From: Amoebidium appalachense
Taxonomy: Eukaryota > Protista > Ichthyosporea
Direction of reading: 5' to 3'
Length of the DNA: 64,000 nt
Assembly: GCA_963693365.1 (NCBI GenBank)
Contig: CAVNZM010000006.1
Coordinates: 10,791,355 to 10,855,354 of the forward strand
Part shown: piece after piece, positions 35,763-49,099 of the stretch
Layout of the letters: every line of letters starts with the position of its first letter
Position numbering within the stretch: position 1 is the first letter of the stretch
Notes under the pieces: generated by a model
Seen by the model: only the letters and a program-made list of their open reading frames with translations
What the model was told of the DNA's origin: nothing
Database searches by the model: none
Translations under genes and position numbers: made by a program

Positions 35763-36362
35763 TAAGTCTGCTTTGCTCCTCGCCTGCCTGAGCCACCGAC
35801 GTTTGCGCAAACAGTTTCCAGGTATTTTGGCGCGAAAGTCCCGAATATTGTCCCTGTAGAGCTGCTTTTGAGATATACATCATTTTTCGTTTTTTCCATT
35901 CTTAAAATTTTTTAAATTACACACCGAGACTGACTTTTGTCTCAGGACTTACAAGTCACTAACTCCCAACGGCTGACAACTACAATGTTTTGTAGTTCTG
36001 AAAAATACACCCGCGAATAGAAGCAGCTATAAGTTAACTCTGAACCATGCATGTGAAATATCATAAGTCTGCTTTGCTCCTCGCCTGCCTGAGCCACCCA
36101 CGTTTGCGCAAACAATTTCCAGGTATTTTGGCGCGAAAGTCCCGAATATTGTCCCTGTAGAGCTGCTTTTGAGATATACATCATTTTTCGTTTTTTCCAT
36201 TCTTAAAATTTTTTAAATTACACACCGAGACTGACTTTTGTCTCAGGACTTACAAGTCACTAACTCCCAACGGCTGACAACTACAATGTTTTGTAGTTCT
36301 GAAAAATACACCCGCGAATAGAAGCAGCTATAAGTTAACTCTGAACCATGCATGTGAAATAT
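35763..36362. repeat. Near-identical ~301-bp tandem duplication upstream of DDI1
   Basis: taagtctgctttgctcc...catgtgaaatat occurs at about 35763-36061 and again at 36064-36362, with only a few substitutions. Confidence 0.9.
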
Positions 36363-36674
36363 ATGTATAATAAGTTGTGTTTATGACTTGTATTTTGCCA
36401 ATGCTATCTGAATGGTGGCTCACATTTATCTGCAGGTATGAGGAGATTCATTGTTTTTCGTCTGATGACATCATCAGCTCTCTTGGCTATCGCTTTCAAA
36501 AAGGAACCTCGCTAGGTCAGCGCGCAAGTTCCTACTGCCTTTGCATCCCTTTTGAGAGCCATCGTCTGCCTATTTATACTTGGTTCGTCGAGCAAGAGGG
36601 ACCTTTTAGCTGTTTAGAACGTGTGTAAGTTGGGGCTCGGGTTGACGTATTTGGGCAGCTATAAGAGAGAAAGA

Positions 36675-37217
36675 ATGAAGATAACAGTGGTGGGAGATAA
36701 CGGCCAGGCCTATCCGCTTGAGCTAGACGGGGAGATGGACCTGGAAACGGTCCAGATAATTCTCGAAGGGGAGACGGGGGTGGCGGCTACAGAGCAGGCG
36801 CTGTGGCTGAAAGGTGCGTGTGAAATAGGGATACAGGGTAAAAAGGGCACATGGCTGTTATAGGGAGGTGCTAGGCTCCTGCAGGGGGGTTTGTAAGAGC
36901 AGGGTTTTTCTCTTTAGAGATTTTTCGGAGTCTGACCAGGGTCTGTGCAGGGGTGTGGCTGTCAGACGGCAGCAAGACGTTGCTTGGGCACGGGGTGGCC
37001 GACAACGATATGCTGTGGCTGAGGAGGAAGGGCCAGGGGCCACCCCCAACTCTGGGCCGCATACAGGTGCCACAACGCAGGTGAGCTGGGGGGTGGGGGC
37101 AGAGTATTGGGCTGAGGGGAGTTGTGTGTGTGTGGGTGGGTGGGGGGGGGGGGGGGGGGGGGGGGGAGGGGGAGGAGAGAGGGGTAGGGGAAGGGGGGGA
37201 GGAGGGGGGAGAGGGGG

Positions 37218-37250
<33 letters not shown>

Positions 37251-38312
37251 GGGACAGGCTTCGGAGTATTCTTTAGTTGTGGTTCCTTAAAAACGGAAGA
37301 AATTGTGGATCTAGGGCAGTGAGGGTGACAGAAAGGGTTGGAAGCCATTTATCGAGATAGTTGTCCACTGTATTAAGGTTCTACCAGCCTCTGAGCTCTT
37401 AGTTTGGAATGTGTGTGTGTGTTTGTGTGTGTGTGTGGGTGGGTGGGTGGGTGGGTGGGTGGGTGGGTGGGTGGGTGGGTGAGTGAGTGTGGGTGGGTGT
37501 GTGTGTGTGTAGGGTAATGGTGAGGGGGTTTATGTCAGAACCTGGAAGTTGATCTGTGGGCTGGGACTGCAGGGTGGCTACGCCACTGGGTGGGTGGGTA
37601 GGTGGGTGGGTGGGTGGGTGGGTGAGTGAGTGTGGGTGGGTGTGTGTGTGTGTAGGGTAATGGTGAGGGGGTTTATGTCAGAACCTGGAAGTTGATCTGT
37701 GGGCTGGGACTGCAGGGTGGCTACGCCACTGGAGGAGGCACAGGCCATGATCCGAGAGGTCAAGTCTGACCCGTACCAGCTGTCCATCTACAAGCAAAAC
37801 ATCCCCCAGCTTGCCGATGCCATCTTGGCCGAGGATGCTCAGAAGGTGGCAGACATACTCAAAAAGCTGAAGGACGAAAAGGAGGCCACAGAGAGGGAGA
37901 GGAACGAGCTGTACAGGTACGCACGTGCAAAAAGAAAAAAGGGGGGGGGGGGGGGGGGGGAGGGGGGAGGGAGGGGATATGTGTTTGTGTCTATGGTGGG
38001 CAGGTATGGTGGGCAGGAGAACGGGTGATACCAGAGGGACTTGGGGTGGAAGTTTTGAGCTCTGTGGGTGGGTGGGTGGGTGGGTGGGTGGGTGGTCGTG
38101 GTTGTGGTTTTTCTTTTTTCTTTTTTTTGTGTGTGTTTTGTCATGTTTGGGGGGGGTAGGGGGGGTGGGGGGGTGTTTCAAGGCAGTTGTATCAGGCATG
38201 CCGTTGCGGTTGTCCGTGTGTGTGTGTGGGTGGGGGGGGGGGGAGGGGGGGAGACAAGAAGGAGACATGAAGAAGTGCAAGGATAAGGACGGTGGGTGAT
38301 GTGTGTGTGTGT

Positions 38313-38383
<71 letters not shown>

Positions 38384-39469
38384 AGAAGGAGACTTGACGT
38401 GCAAGGATAATGATAACGGGTGGTGTGTGTGTGTGTGTGTTTGGGGGGAAAGGGGGGGGGAGGGGGAAGGGCCAAGAAGGAGACGTGCAATCGGCTGGAT
38501 TGCCGTGCAAGAACAACAACAGGATGTGGTGAGGGGGTAGAGCTAGAAGGGCGGGGGCATTGTGTGCCAACACGCTGCTTGCTGCAGGCGGTTGGCGGAG
38601 AATCCGTTTGACGTGGATGCACAGCGCAAGATCGAGGACATGATCCGGCAGGAGAACGTCAGCCAGAACATGATGCAGGCCATGGAGCACAACCCCGAGG
38701 CCTTTGGCTCAGTCCACATGCTCTACATAGAGTGCGAGGTCAACAAGACACCAGTCAAGGTGGAAACTAACGTCATACAAGCACATACATACACACACTG
38801 AGGGGGGGGGAGACACACACACACGCACGCATACACACGTCCACTTCACGCCCACACACATGCATTTGTGTGCGCTCCAACGCACACAACACACACACAC
38901 AGACACACACCTACCACCACCACCACCACCCCCTCTCCCCCCGGGGATCCCTTGATGGTCATTTGTGTACGTCCTTCATTGTCCACAACCTTTGCAAGTG
39001 CACCATATGCATGTCCCACCATCCAACTTACATGCTAAAAACATGCTTGAAATTCACCATTTTTTCTTGGTCATCCAACATGTGCAAACAACATTAGGCA
39101 CTTGCTTTGATGCAGCAATTCCCATATGTGTGTTTCCCTCACTGACTGCCGTATCAGGCGTTTGTGGACAGTGGTGCGCAGATGACGATCATGAGCCCAT
39201 CGTGTGCCGAGCGCTGTGGCATTATGCGGCTGGTGGACACCCGCTGGGCCGGCATGGCCAAGGGCGTGGGCCAGGCCAAGATAGTGGGTAGGGTGCACAT
39301 GGTCGACGTCAAGATTGGCACAGACTTCCTGCCCTGCTCGTTCTCTATCCTCGAGAACCAGGATGTGGACATGGTGCGTATATGAGGGGGAATTTGGGGG
39401 GGAGGGAATGGGGGGGGGGGCGGGGGGTGGGGAGGGGGGATTACGGTAATGGGGGAGAGGAAAGGAGAA

Positions 39470-39507
<38 letters not shown>

Positions 39508-39760
39508 TAGGTGTTGCTTTTTTGCAGGGTGGGTGTGTTGGGGGAGGGGCGGGGGGACGACAGTGATTTGGATGAGTTTTGTGGATGTGGTGGGTGCTTG
39601 GGTGAGGTTTGGTGTCTTAGAAGCGGTGGCTCTGTTTCTGTGTGGTAACGGGCGGGTGAATGGGCGAGTGTAGGTTGGGGAGAAAGGTGGGGCATGAAGG
39701 GGTTTCTGGGTATGGGGAAAGGCATGGGTTGTAGGCTGATATGTGCCATTGGTTGTTTTT

Positions 39761-39795
<35 letters not shown>

Positions 39796-40241
39796 TGTTT
39801 GTTTGTTTGTTTTGGGGGGGGGGGGGGGGGGGGGGGAGGGGAGGGGGGGCAAGGGGGGGGGGGGGGGCAGTGAAGGAGGGGGAGGGGGGAGAAAAGGTGT
39901 GTGTGTGGGGGGGGGGGGGGGGGGGGAGGAAGGTCTTTTTTAGTTTGGGGGGAGGGCCCGGGGGTGTTGAGGATCCCTTGTAACTTCGCATGGTACGTGC
40001 AGCTGCTGGGTCTGGACATGCTCAAGCGGCACCAGTGCTGCATCGACCTCAAGCGCAGTGTGCTGCACATCGGCACAACGGGGGCAGAGACACCCTTCCT
40101 GGCCGAGAAGGACCTGCCTGAAAGGGCCAGGCTCAACAGGTCACATGAGGACGAGGCTAGGGACGACCAGGTGGGGGCATGTGGGGTATTATGTAAACAT
40201 GTCGACGTCGTGTGCGTGTGTGTGTGTGTGTTGTGCTTTTT

Positions 40242-40272
<31 letters not shown>

Positions 40273-40792
40273 GGGATAGAGCAAAAGGGTCTGTTGTATT
40301 GGATGTCGGCTGTTGTGTGTGTGTGGTGTAAGAGTCGATGTGCGTTTGTGGAGGAAGCGGGTGTGTGACTGAAGGCAGTCATGCAAGAGAGAGAGGGGGA
40401 GAGTGTGTGTGTGTGCGCGCACACACGTGTGTGTGCGTGAGCAGTCTTCTTGGGCGGAGGGGTTTGGTGGTGGTGGTGGTGGTGGGTGGGTGGGTAGGGG
40501 TGTGTGCGTGTGCGTGGTGGTGGTGGTGGTGGTGGCGGTGGGGGGTGTTGGGGGGGGGGGGGGGGGGGGGGGGCATCAAAACCCTTAATGGCTTTTTTAT
40601 CTGCGACTGCTAAGTGTCTATCCATGTGGCTAGTCTTGCGGTCATTTGGAGTGTCCAGGCACCTGGGATGTCATTGGTAGTCTCTTTAGATCTCCACCGA
40701 AAGGAACAGTCAATAGAAATTACACTGTGGGCGCCTGCATATCTTGCAGGGTAACTCACCTGCCCCCCCCCCCCCCCCAACAACAACAACAA

Positions 40793-40839
<47 letters not shown>

Positions 40840-41035
40840 GCGTGCGCACACACGCACACACACACTTCAGGCTGCCACTGAGGGTGCATCAGGGCAGGGG
40901 TCTGTTTCACTCAACGAGGAGGACATCACCAACCTGATGGGGTTTGGGTTCCCAAGAGAGAGGGTGGTCGAGGCCCTGACGGCTGCTGGGGGCAATGTGG
41001 ATCTGGCTGCATCCATCCTCATGGGCACAAATTGA
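36675..41035 (+). CDS. DDI1: DNA damage-inducible protein 1 (UBL - helical domain - retroviral-like aspartic protease - UBA), 7 exons
   Basis: Exons 36675-36813, 36951-37080, 37716-37916, 38588-38759, 39158-39373, 40003-40170 and 40871-41035. Motifs: [24 protein letters not shown], catalytic [24 protein letters not shown] and [18 protein letters not shown]...VDLAASIL. Confidence 0.95.
37447..37732 (+). repeat. 143-bp tandem duplication spanning the DDI1 exon-3 acceptor
   Basis: gagtgagtgt...ctgggactgcagggtggctacgccactgg occurs at 37481-37589 and 37624-37732. Confidence 0.9.
38313..38382 (+). repeat. About 70-nt poly-G run, representative of dozens of poly-G/poly-C tracts in the window
   Basis: Direct reading; exact homopolymer lengths may be affected by sequencing error. 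Confidence 0.85.
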
Positions 41036-41270
41036 TTGGCTAATTGTCATGCACACACGTATGAGCACGTATGATTCCTTAGTATTATGAAATTATGCCT
41101 CTGTAATAATTCACCAATGAACCCTTGTTGTTATGTTATAATGGCTGTCACGTGTTTTGTGGCAATCCCGTAGTTTTGTTAATGGCATTGCGCGGAGCAC
41201 ATGCCTTGATGAATGATATGGCCTCGTGCCCTGCCCGTACTTTCTTTCAAACTTTTCTCTGACTGACCCA

Positions 41271-41312
<42 letters not shown>

Positions 41313-41333
41313 TGCGGCCGGCCACACCCACCC

Positions 41334-41364
<31 letters not shown>

Positions 41365-43194
41365 GCACAAGCAATAGACCAGCAACAGGTACAAACCTCA
41401 TGTTGCTTGCTACTGCTATGCTAACAAAGTGTTCACTAACACACGGCGCAAAGAGGCTATGACTTTAAGGTGTGGGTACATATATTGTATGGTATACCAT
41501 CCACAATTCCCACCATATTGAATGATATTCGGCCCATTGATTGTCTCCGTGGACCAGCGGCCAATCAAAACAGCCGAGAAACGCGCATGCGGCATGCCCT
41601 TACACTGACACCTGGTGGCCAGCCACTGGCTGTCCAATTCTCCAGCCTATTCGAGGGCCCCAATCACTCATCTGGCAAACCCAACCCTCCCCGCACCTTC
41701 CCCCCCCCTTCCCCCCCTTGCCCCCCGGGCCCCTCCGCCTCCCCTCGCTCCTAACAGCACAGCGGCAGGAAGGGTCAGACTTGACCATGCATAGTATACT
41801 ATGGGGTAGAGGTTAACCCGTGGGCCAGGCCCTCGGTGTGCATATAGTTGTGACCAGGCTTGCGTGTTGAAGCCTTTGGGAGAGTGGTGGGGAGCTTTGC
41901 GTTGCATTGGTGTTGGTATCCCTCCTCCCCCTCCGGGTATGCTAATTGATCTAATAGTCATGCAAGGTTCAGGCCGGGCCTGGAAATGGGGGAGGAGAAG
42001 GGAGTGAGAGGGGATGCATGGGGAGAGGGAGGGGGGGGGGGGGGGGGGGGGGGATCATGAGGGGTTGACCTTCCGGAAAACTCCAATCGATTCACCATAT
42101 CCGGATGATTCAGAAGATCAAAGTGGCTGCCCCCCCCCCCTCCCCCTCCCCCCCCCCCCTACAGTACACGTACACCTCACCCCCTTCAACCCCCGCCCCC
42201 GCCCCCTTCGTCCTCTCCCCCCCCCCCCCCCCCCCCCCCCCCCCGCCACCACCACCACCACCACCACCAATCTCTCTTTTCCCTAATTCTCCTTGGTTTG
42301 AGATGTCGAATATTATGATCAGTTTTTGTAAACCCCCCCCCCCCCCCTCCCCCCCCCCCCCCCCCCCCCCCCTCCTTCCTCCCCCCCCCATCTCAGCACA
42401 CACCTTCTGTTTTTTTTTTTGGAAAGAAGTAGACGGTCAAAAACAGGGCCCAATGGCATGTAACTGGCATTCCGGTGTAGTTGGTGCGATTGGTAGCACA
42501 TTTTTTTAACTGATTTCAGTACCATTTTATTTTGACACCGTTTACAGGCCACTAGATCTTTCAGCACCTGAATGGCTTTTCGCGATCGGGTCCACAAACA
42601 ATATCTTTTGAGGTGCTTTTGTAAAGTTAGTTTTTGTTCACAGATCTGCAATCACTGAACAATGGCCTTAGTTTAAAAAAAAACCAATCAATTGCTGCCA
42701 TCTGCCCAACCCAAAGATTTTTAAGCAACGGAAAGACAGTGTCGAGCTGAAGGGGCGTCACTAATGTTAACTAGATTCACTATATCATTGTGGGCATTTT
42801 CATTGGTGGCACATTTTATAAGTTCTAGTTCTGGTTGGTGGCATATTCAACCACAAGGCTGATTTGATTGGTGGCAAATCATGAGGTCAAAGCTGGAGCT
42901 CACAAAAAAAAAACTAGCCATATATGGTCACCTACCTGCCAGAAAGGAATCGTTGTGAGTTTCTCAATGTTGACTGGGTATGTACAGCCTTACACTATGC
43001 TGCCCATGTACCGTATGGTATGAAGCTCTGTTCCCCCCCCCTCCCCCCGCGCCTTCCCCTTTTCCCTTAGTCAACCTATCCCCCCCCACCTCCTCTCCCT
43101 TTTCTCATTCCAACCCCCCCTCCCCCCTCTACCCCCCCCCCCCCCCCCCTTTCGCCCCCTTCCCGTCATTCCCTCCAACATAAACATATATTAT

Positions 43195-43212
43195 CTTTTT
43201 CCTAATCGCCTT

Positions 43213-43247
<35 letters not shown>

Positions 43248-43850
43248 CCCTCCCTGCCCCCCCCCCAACCCACCCACCCAACCATCCACCCACCCACACG
43301 TACATATAGGTTTGTTGAAATGTCCCCCCCTCCCCCTCCCCTCCCTCTCTCCCCCCCCCATCTTCACCCCTCTACCCTCTCACAGTCTAGTTTTGTACAT
43401 GTTTCAAAGCAGGGCAAGCGGGAAAGCAGGGCTCATATGCATGGGACCTACTCTAGCCCCCTCTCTCCCTCCCCCGAGATCTATGCCCCCCTCCCCTCCC
43501 TCCCTTTTTCATTTCCCTTTGTCCCCCCCTCCCCCTCCCCTCTCCCCCCCTCCCCCCTTCCTCCCCCCCCCCCCCCCCCCCCCCACCCACCACCACCACC
43601 CTTTTCCCTTCCCATCCCCTCCCCAAAGCCACCCCCTCACACACAATGCCTCTTACAACCAACCCCCGGTACACCCCCCTTACCCCCCTCCCCCTCCTTT
43701 TTTCATCCCAACTCCCCCCACCACCTCCCCCCCCCCCCGATTACCTGCAACACACACCTAGTGCCTTACACGCCTTCTTTTTCCTAATCACCTTTGCCCC
43801 CCCCCCTCCCCCCCCCCCCTCCCCCCACCTCACTACCCCCCCCCCCCCCA

Positions 43851-43914
<64 letters not shown>

Positions 43915-43954
43915 TACACACACACACACACACGTACAAGTTTTGTTGCAATGT

Positions 43955-43987
<33 letters not shown>

Positions 43988-44130
43988 ACTCCACCCCTGT
44001 ACCCTCTCTCGGTCTGGTTTTGTTTCAGAGCAGGGGAAGCGGGAAAGCAGGGCTCATACACATGGAATGAACTCTGCCCCCCTCCCTCCCTTCCCCGAGA
44101 GCTATGCCCACCTCCCCCCCCTCCCCAAGG
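43195..44130. repeat. Diverged ~600-bp tandem duplication with differing internal microsatellites
   Basis: ttcctaatc(g/a)cctttgcccc at about 43199 and 43781; gtttca(a/g)agcaggg(c/g)aagcgggaaagcagggctcata at about 43401 and 44022. Confidence 0.75.
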
Positions 44131-44868
44131 GCCACCCCCACACACAACGGTACCTTGCTCAGCTCCATTTCCCCATCACTCATCGCTTCTTACATTTTTA
44201 TTTACTTTAGATTAGTATTCTGGTTCTGAAACACTGTGACAGTTATGAATGATCTCTGTGTACTCTTCGCTTCACGCAGGCACATCTCCGTATGTGTGTG
44301 CACGTGCGTGGTGGTGGTAGTGTGTGTGTGTGTGCATGCGTGTGTCCACACGCACGCACATGTGTGGATGTGTGGGTGTTTAGGGAGGGGAGGGGGGGGG
44401 GGGAGGGGGGGGGGGGGGGAGGGGGAGGGAAGGGGGGAGAGGGGAATGTCTATGCGCATGTGTCGATTGCAGATTTGTATCGTCAATTCGAATTCCAGCA
44501 GTGGCTTTCGTCTGTGTATGCCCCCCGGGTTTACTGAAGACTGCCCTCCCCATCATCCATCTTATTTTGCGCATGTGTGCAACATGAAGGTAGTAACTGT
44601 TGCTCACGTGCCCCTTAAAGCATTAAGATTTACTTGAGAAGTTGATAAATTTTGTGGGGTATGCCTTCCCGAGTTCAACCATGGTATTTGACCAATCATT
44701 TTGTCACTGCATGGACAGCCGACCAATCAAAATAGTTGAAACGTGCATGCCCTCACCAGATGCACAGACATAGTGCCTGTGCCTTTCCCCCCGTGGCTGT
44801 CACCACGACACCAAGGAGTAGCTTAGAGGCATGCCAGCACACAGGCACACAACGAACTTCGATACTTA

Positions 44869-44908
<40 letters not shown>

Positions 44909-45146
44909 ACCCACACACACACACACACGCACACACCCCCGCCCCACCTCACCCCTTTTCCCTTTCCTGGGCCGTTTGCACTTCACCAAGGAGCGCAGGA
45001 TGCCAGCCAGCACTGTTGAAATTCATTACCAAAAAAAAAAATAAAAAAAAAATAAAAGAAATTCATGAAGATATATGGACCCCTCCCCACACCTTCACAC
45101 ACACACAACACACGAATACCACCCTCATCCTCCTCTTCTGCGACCG

Positions 45147-45180
<34 letters not shown>

Positions 45181-45741
45181 CTCCCCCCCCGCCCCTTCCC
45201 CTGCCGTGTGTCCCCCCCCCCCCCCTGTACTTACCAATTGCACACAGATATCATAGTACATACGGGGGCACATATCCTTTTAGAGAGGGTGACTATGTGA
45301 CACGAAGCGTCACCACAAGTTACATAGAGGCAAGTGTGGATGTGGAACCGGATGTCTCTCTCTCTCTCTCTGTCTGTGCACGTGGGTGGGTCGGTGGGGT
45401 GTCACCGTGGTGGTGGTGGTGGTGATGATGGTGTATGGGTGGGTGGGAGGGGGTGGTGTGTGTGTGTGTGTGTGTGTGCGTGTGGGGAGGGGGAGGGGGG
45501 GGGGGGGAGGGGGGGGAGGGGGGGAGGGGGGAGAGAGGGGGGCGGCGGGGGGGGGAGAGTTGGCGGGGGCGGGGGCCGGGGAGGGGGGTAGAGTTGGCTA
45601 ACGTGTGAGTTGGTGTGGGTGGGCTAGTGGTCTGCTGCAGCTGATGGGCATGGCAATTGTGGTGGTGGTGACTGTGCTGTTGTTCCGTGCGGTTGTCGGT
45701 GTGTATGGGGGCGTAACTGTGTGTGTGTGTGGGGGAGGTGT

Positions 45742-45787
<46 letters not shown>

Positions 45788-46508
45788 TGGCATTGTGTGT
45801 GGGCATTGAACTGTTTCACGTGTGCAGTGTGAATGCTGGGTATATTAATATCAGTGTGCAATTGCTAGTGTAAGTGAGCACAAAAACGGGGCACGGGGTG
45901 GGTGGGTGGGTGGGTGGGTGGGTGGGGGGGGGGGGGACTCAAGAGAAACAGAGTCCCCGTCGAGAAGATTTAGTTTTATCACCAGTTGTTTTGCATGAAC
46001 GAATCGAACATTAACTTGGGAGGTCATGGTTATGTACCTGTGCACCCCATGCATACACCATTGTGGTGGGGCATTTGGGCGGGAGTCAAAGAAGTATGCT
46101 TACAATGTGATTGGGCCAAAGGGCATGATGTGACTGAGGAAGAGGGCTGGCTCATGTTTATGACTTTGTTATGGAACGCTCGTCCGTGAAGGGCCTTTTC
46201 ATAGAAGGGCCGCCTAAGAATTCAGAAAAGCTTATACCGTCATAGACAGCTGGCCTAAAAAGGACCTATGACCATATTAAGATCACACGGTTAATTCACA
46301 TTAGTGGGTGCCCTTTGTCTACCGGGCCATACATGCACACACAAAAACACATGCACATTTACACATTGCATTCATGCACGCACTACCTGCATCACCGTGC
46401 CCAATACTGCACCGGCATTAAAATGTGACTGTTCTAATCAGCCAATGCATGCATGCATGCCCTTGCACACACGCACATGAGCTGTACCGGGCCAACAACC
46501 GATTCGGG

Positions 46509-49052
46509 TCATACGGGCCGGTTTGCCCTGGACTTGAGGTCGTGGTTACGTGACGTGGTTGCAAACTGGCTCTTGATCAGCCGCAGGGGTATCTGCACAC
46601 AGCATCAGTCAGCCCATGCATCCATCATATTGTTCTCCTATAGACCACACCAACCGGCAAACACACATGAAAGCATGGATGGACTAACAGAAAAGGCCGG
46701 AGGCGGAGCTGGGAGGACAGCTAGGTTCAGAAAGGCATGCGCATGTGAACTTGTGTGTATGAACTGGTGTATGTGATTTGAGTGTGTGAGATCAGTGCCT
46801 GGCTTGTGGTTGAGTCGGTCGGTCGGTTGTGCAGGAGTATGTGATGCGTGTGCGGGTGCACGTGCGTGCGCACGCTTGTGTGTAAATGTGTGAATGTGTG
46901 TGAGTGTGTGTGAGTGTGTGTGTGTGCATGTGTGCACACAGGTGGGCACACACAGCGCGAGTATCCCTGTAAGTGATATGTACGCGTGGGCATGTATTCA
47001 TGTGCACATTGCCCACCTGCTTGTAGCTGAGATGCAGTGTGTTCATCAGGCCAGCCAATGTTTCTTTGTCTATGGTGATGCGGTCCATAGCGTAGATGAA
47101 CCCCGTCATGAAGGCATCGAACCCGGCACGGTGGCTGTACCTGCATATCCCAAGTGTCAATGCTCGTTGATGCCAACATCAGAAAGAACGAGTCAACCCC
47201 CCCCCCCCCCCCCCCCAAGTACACACACACACACGCACAAACACACACCAAACACCCCACCCCAAAAAGGACATGTACACACACACACACGCACACCCAC
47301 CCGCCCAACACACACATCCTCACACATACCTGCCCGACACACACATCATCAAGCCTACCCCCACACCACCGGTTTATGGTCCTTCTGGTGCCCTGACACG
47401 CACACCGAAACACCAGAGTACACACACTCTCCCATCGAATAGTCGGTCTTCTTTCCACCTTTCCCAACGGCCCCCTAGAGCGCATCACAATTGCAAAACT
47501 TTCACAGCCACCTGGACGCCTCCAGTAGAAAAACTCCCCACACAGGCATCCCCATATAACCCCCCCCTCCCCCCCCCCCCCCCTCCCCCCACATAAACAC
47601 ACAGGCAAAGATTCCTCTCACATCCACCAGCACCCATCCACACCCACCCCACACACGCACCCACCTTGCATCCATGGCCACAGCACTTGCTCTTGTATCC
47701 ACCACCCTTAGGCCCCCACCCAGCCCCGTCTGACTGCCCACATCATCCACCCCCTCTATTTCATCATTTTGGCCCGTTGTTGTTTCCTCAGCACTCTCCT
47801 CCCCCCCGCCATCCCCCCTTTTCTTCTTTGTTTTTCTCCGTTTCTTTGACTTTGGTGCCTCGTGCCAGTCCAAGATCAGATCCAGATCGTGGGAGAGGCT
47901 GCAGCTGCTGCCCTTGGTGCAGTGCCCGTGGAACTGGGGGGAGGGGGGAGGGGGAGGGGGTAGGGGGAGGGAGGGGGTGGCATTAGTGACATTGATTTCA
48001 TTGGGATTTTTCTTCTTCACCGTAACCCCCCCCCCCCGGTCCTTTTGTTCCAAACACACATACACATGCAAGCTGGTGTTGAGAGGAATGCATGGATTCG
48101 GGGATCGTGTTAGAACGAAGCCGGACAGGCAACAGAGTTACTCCGTTATCTCGTGGAGGGACGTGGCCGCGGATGTGTGTGTGTGTGTGCACCTGTGCAT
48201 GTGGGTACTGTGAACACGAGCTAGTAGCGCCCGTCTTGGTGAGGGAGGAGGGGGAGGAAGAATGGGGTGAGGTTTGTGTGTGTGTGTGTACGCGCGTGTG
48301 GTGGGAGGAGGAGGGGGGGGGGGGGGGGGGGGGGGAGGGAGGGGACATACGGCATATGATTCACATATGAGGGCAGCCAGCTCCTGGCGTGTGCGCTTGA
48401 TGGGGCCTGCAGGGGGCCGGGTAGGGGGCACTGCCGGGCCCTGGTCCAAGGCATTGCCAAAGTACACGTGCACGTAGCCTGCATGCTGCTGCTCACGGTG
48501 CCGGTTCTCACGTAGCCTAGGAGAGAGAAAGAGGGGGGGGGGAGGGGGGGAGGGGTGAGGGTAAGTGCACAGAAAGCGGGTGTGTTTGGGTGTGCAAACA
48601 CAGCCACTAGCATGCGTGCATAGCGGACACAGAACACTTCAACAGAAAAAAGCCAATGCATATTCTATGGGTGTGCATGTCCTACCGGAACCATCCTCCT
48701 CATAAAAAGGAAGGGAGAACTTGTGAACAGAGCCCAAACTCATGGGATGGCGTGTGCCTGTGCATATGCGCGTGAATGCACCTGCGTGTGCGTGCAACCG
48801 CACGTGTTTGTGAGCATGTGTATGCAGGGGAAGGTGGAAAGAGGGATGTGTGCTGATAGCACTACCTCTTTCGGAAGAGAAACTCCAGATATGAAGCCAC
48901 CTCTCTGTGGTGGTAGTCTGCTATGTATTTGGTGTCCACAAGCCCCCCAGCAAACAGACTAACCACATCGGCTACGAACGTCTGAAGCCCGGGGGGCAGC
49001 GGTGCATACAGTTGCTGCATGGAGTGGGGTGGGTGGGTGTGTGTGTGTGTGT

Positions 49053-49099
<47 letters not shown>

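Noticed and set aside
39164-39385. Retroviral-type aspartic protease as evidence of an LTR element
   Set aside because: It is the RVP exon of the cellular, spliced DDI1 gene.
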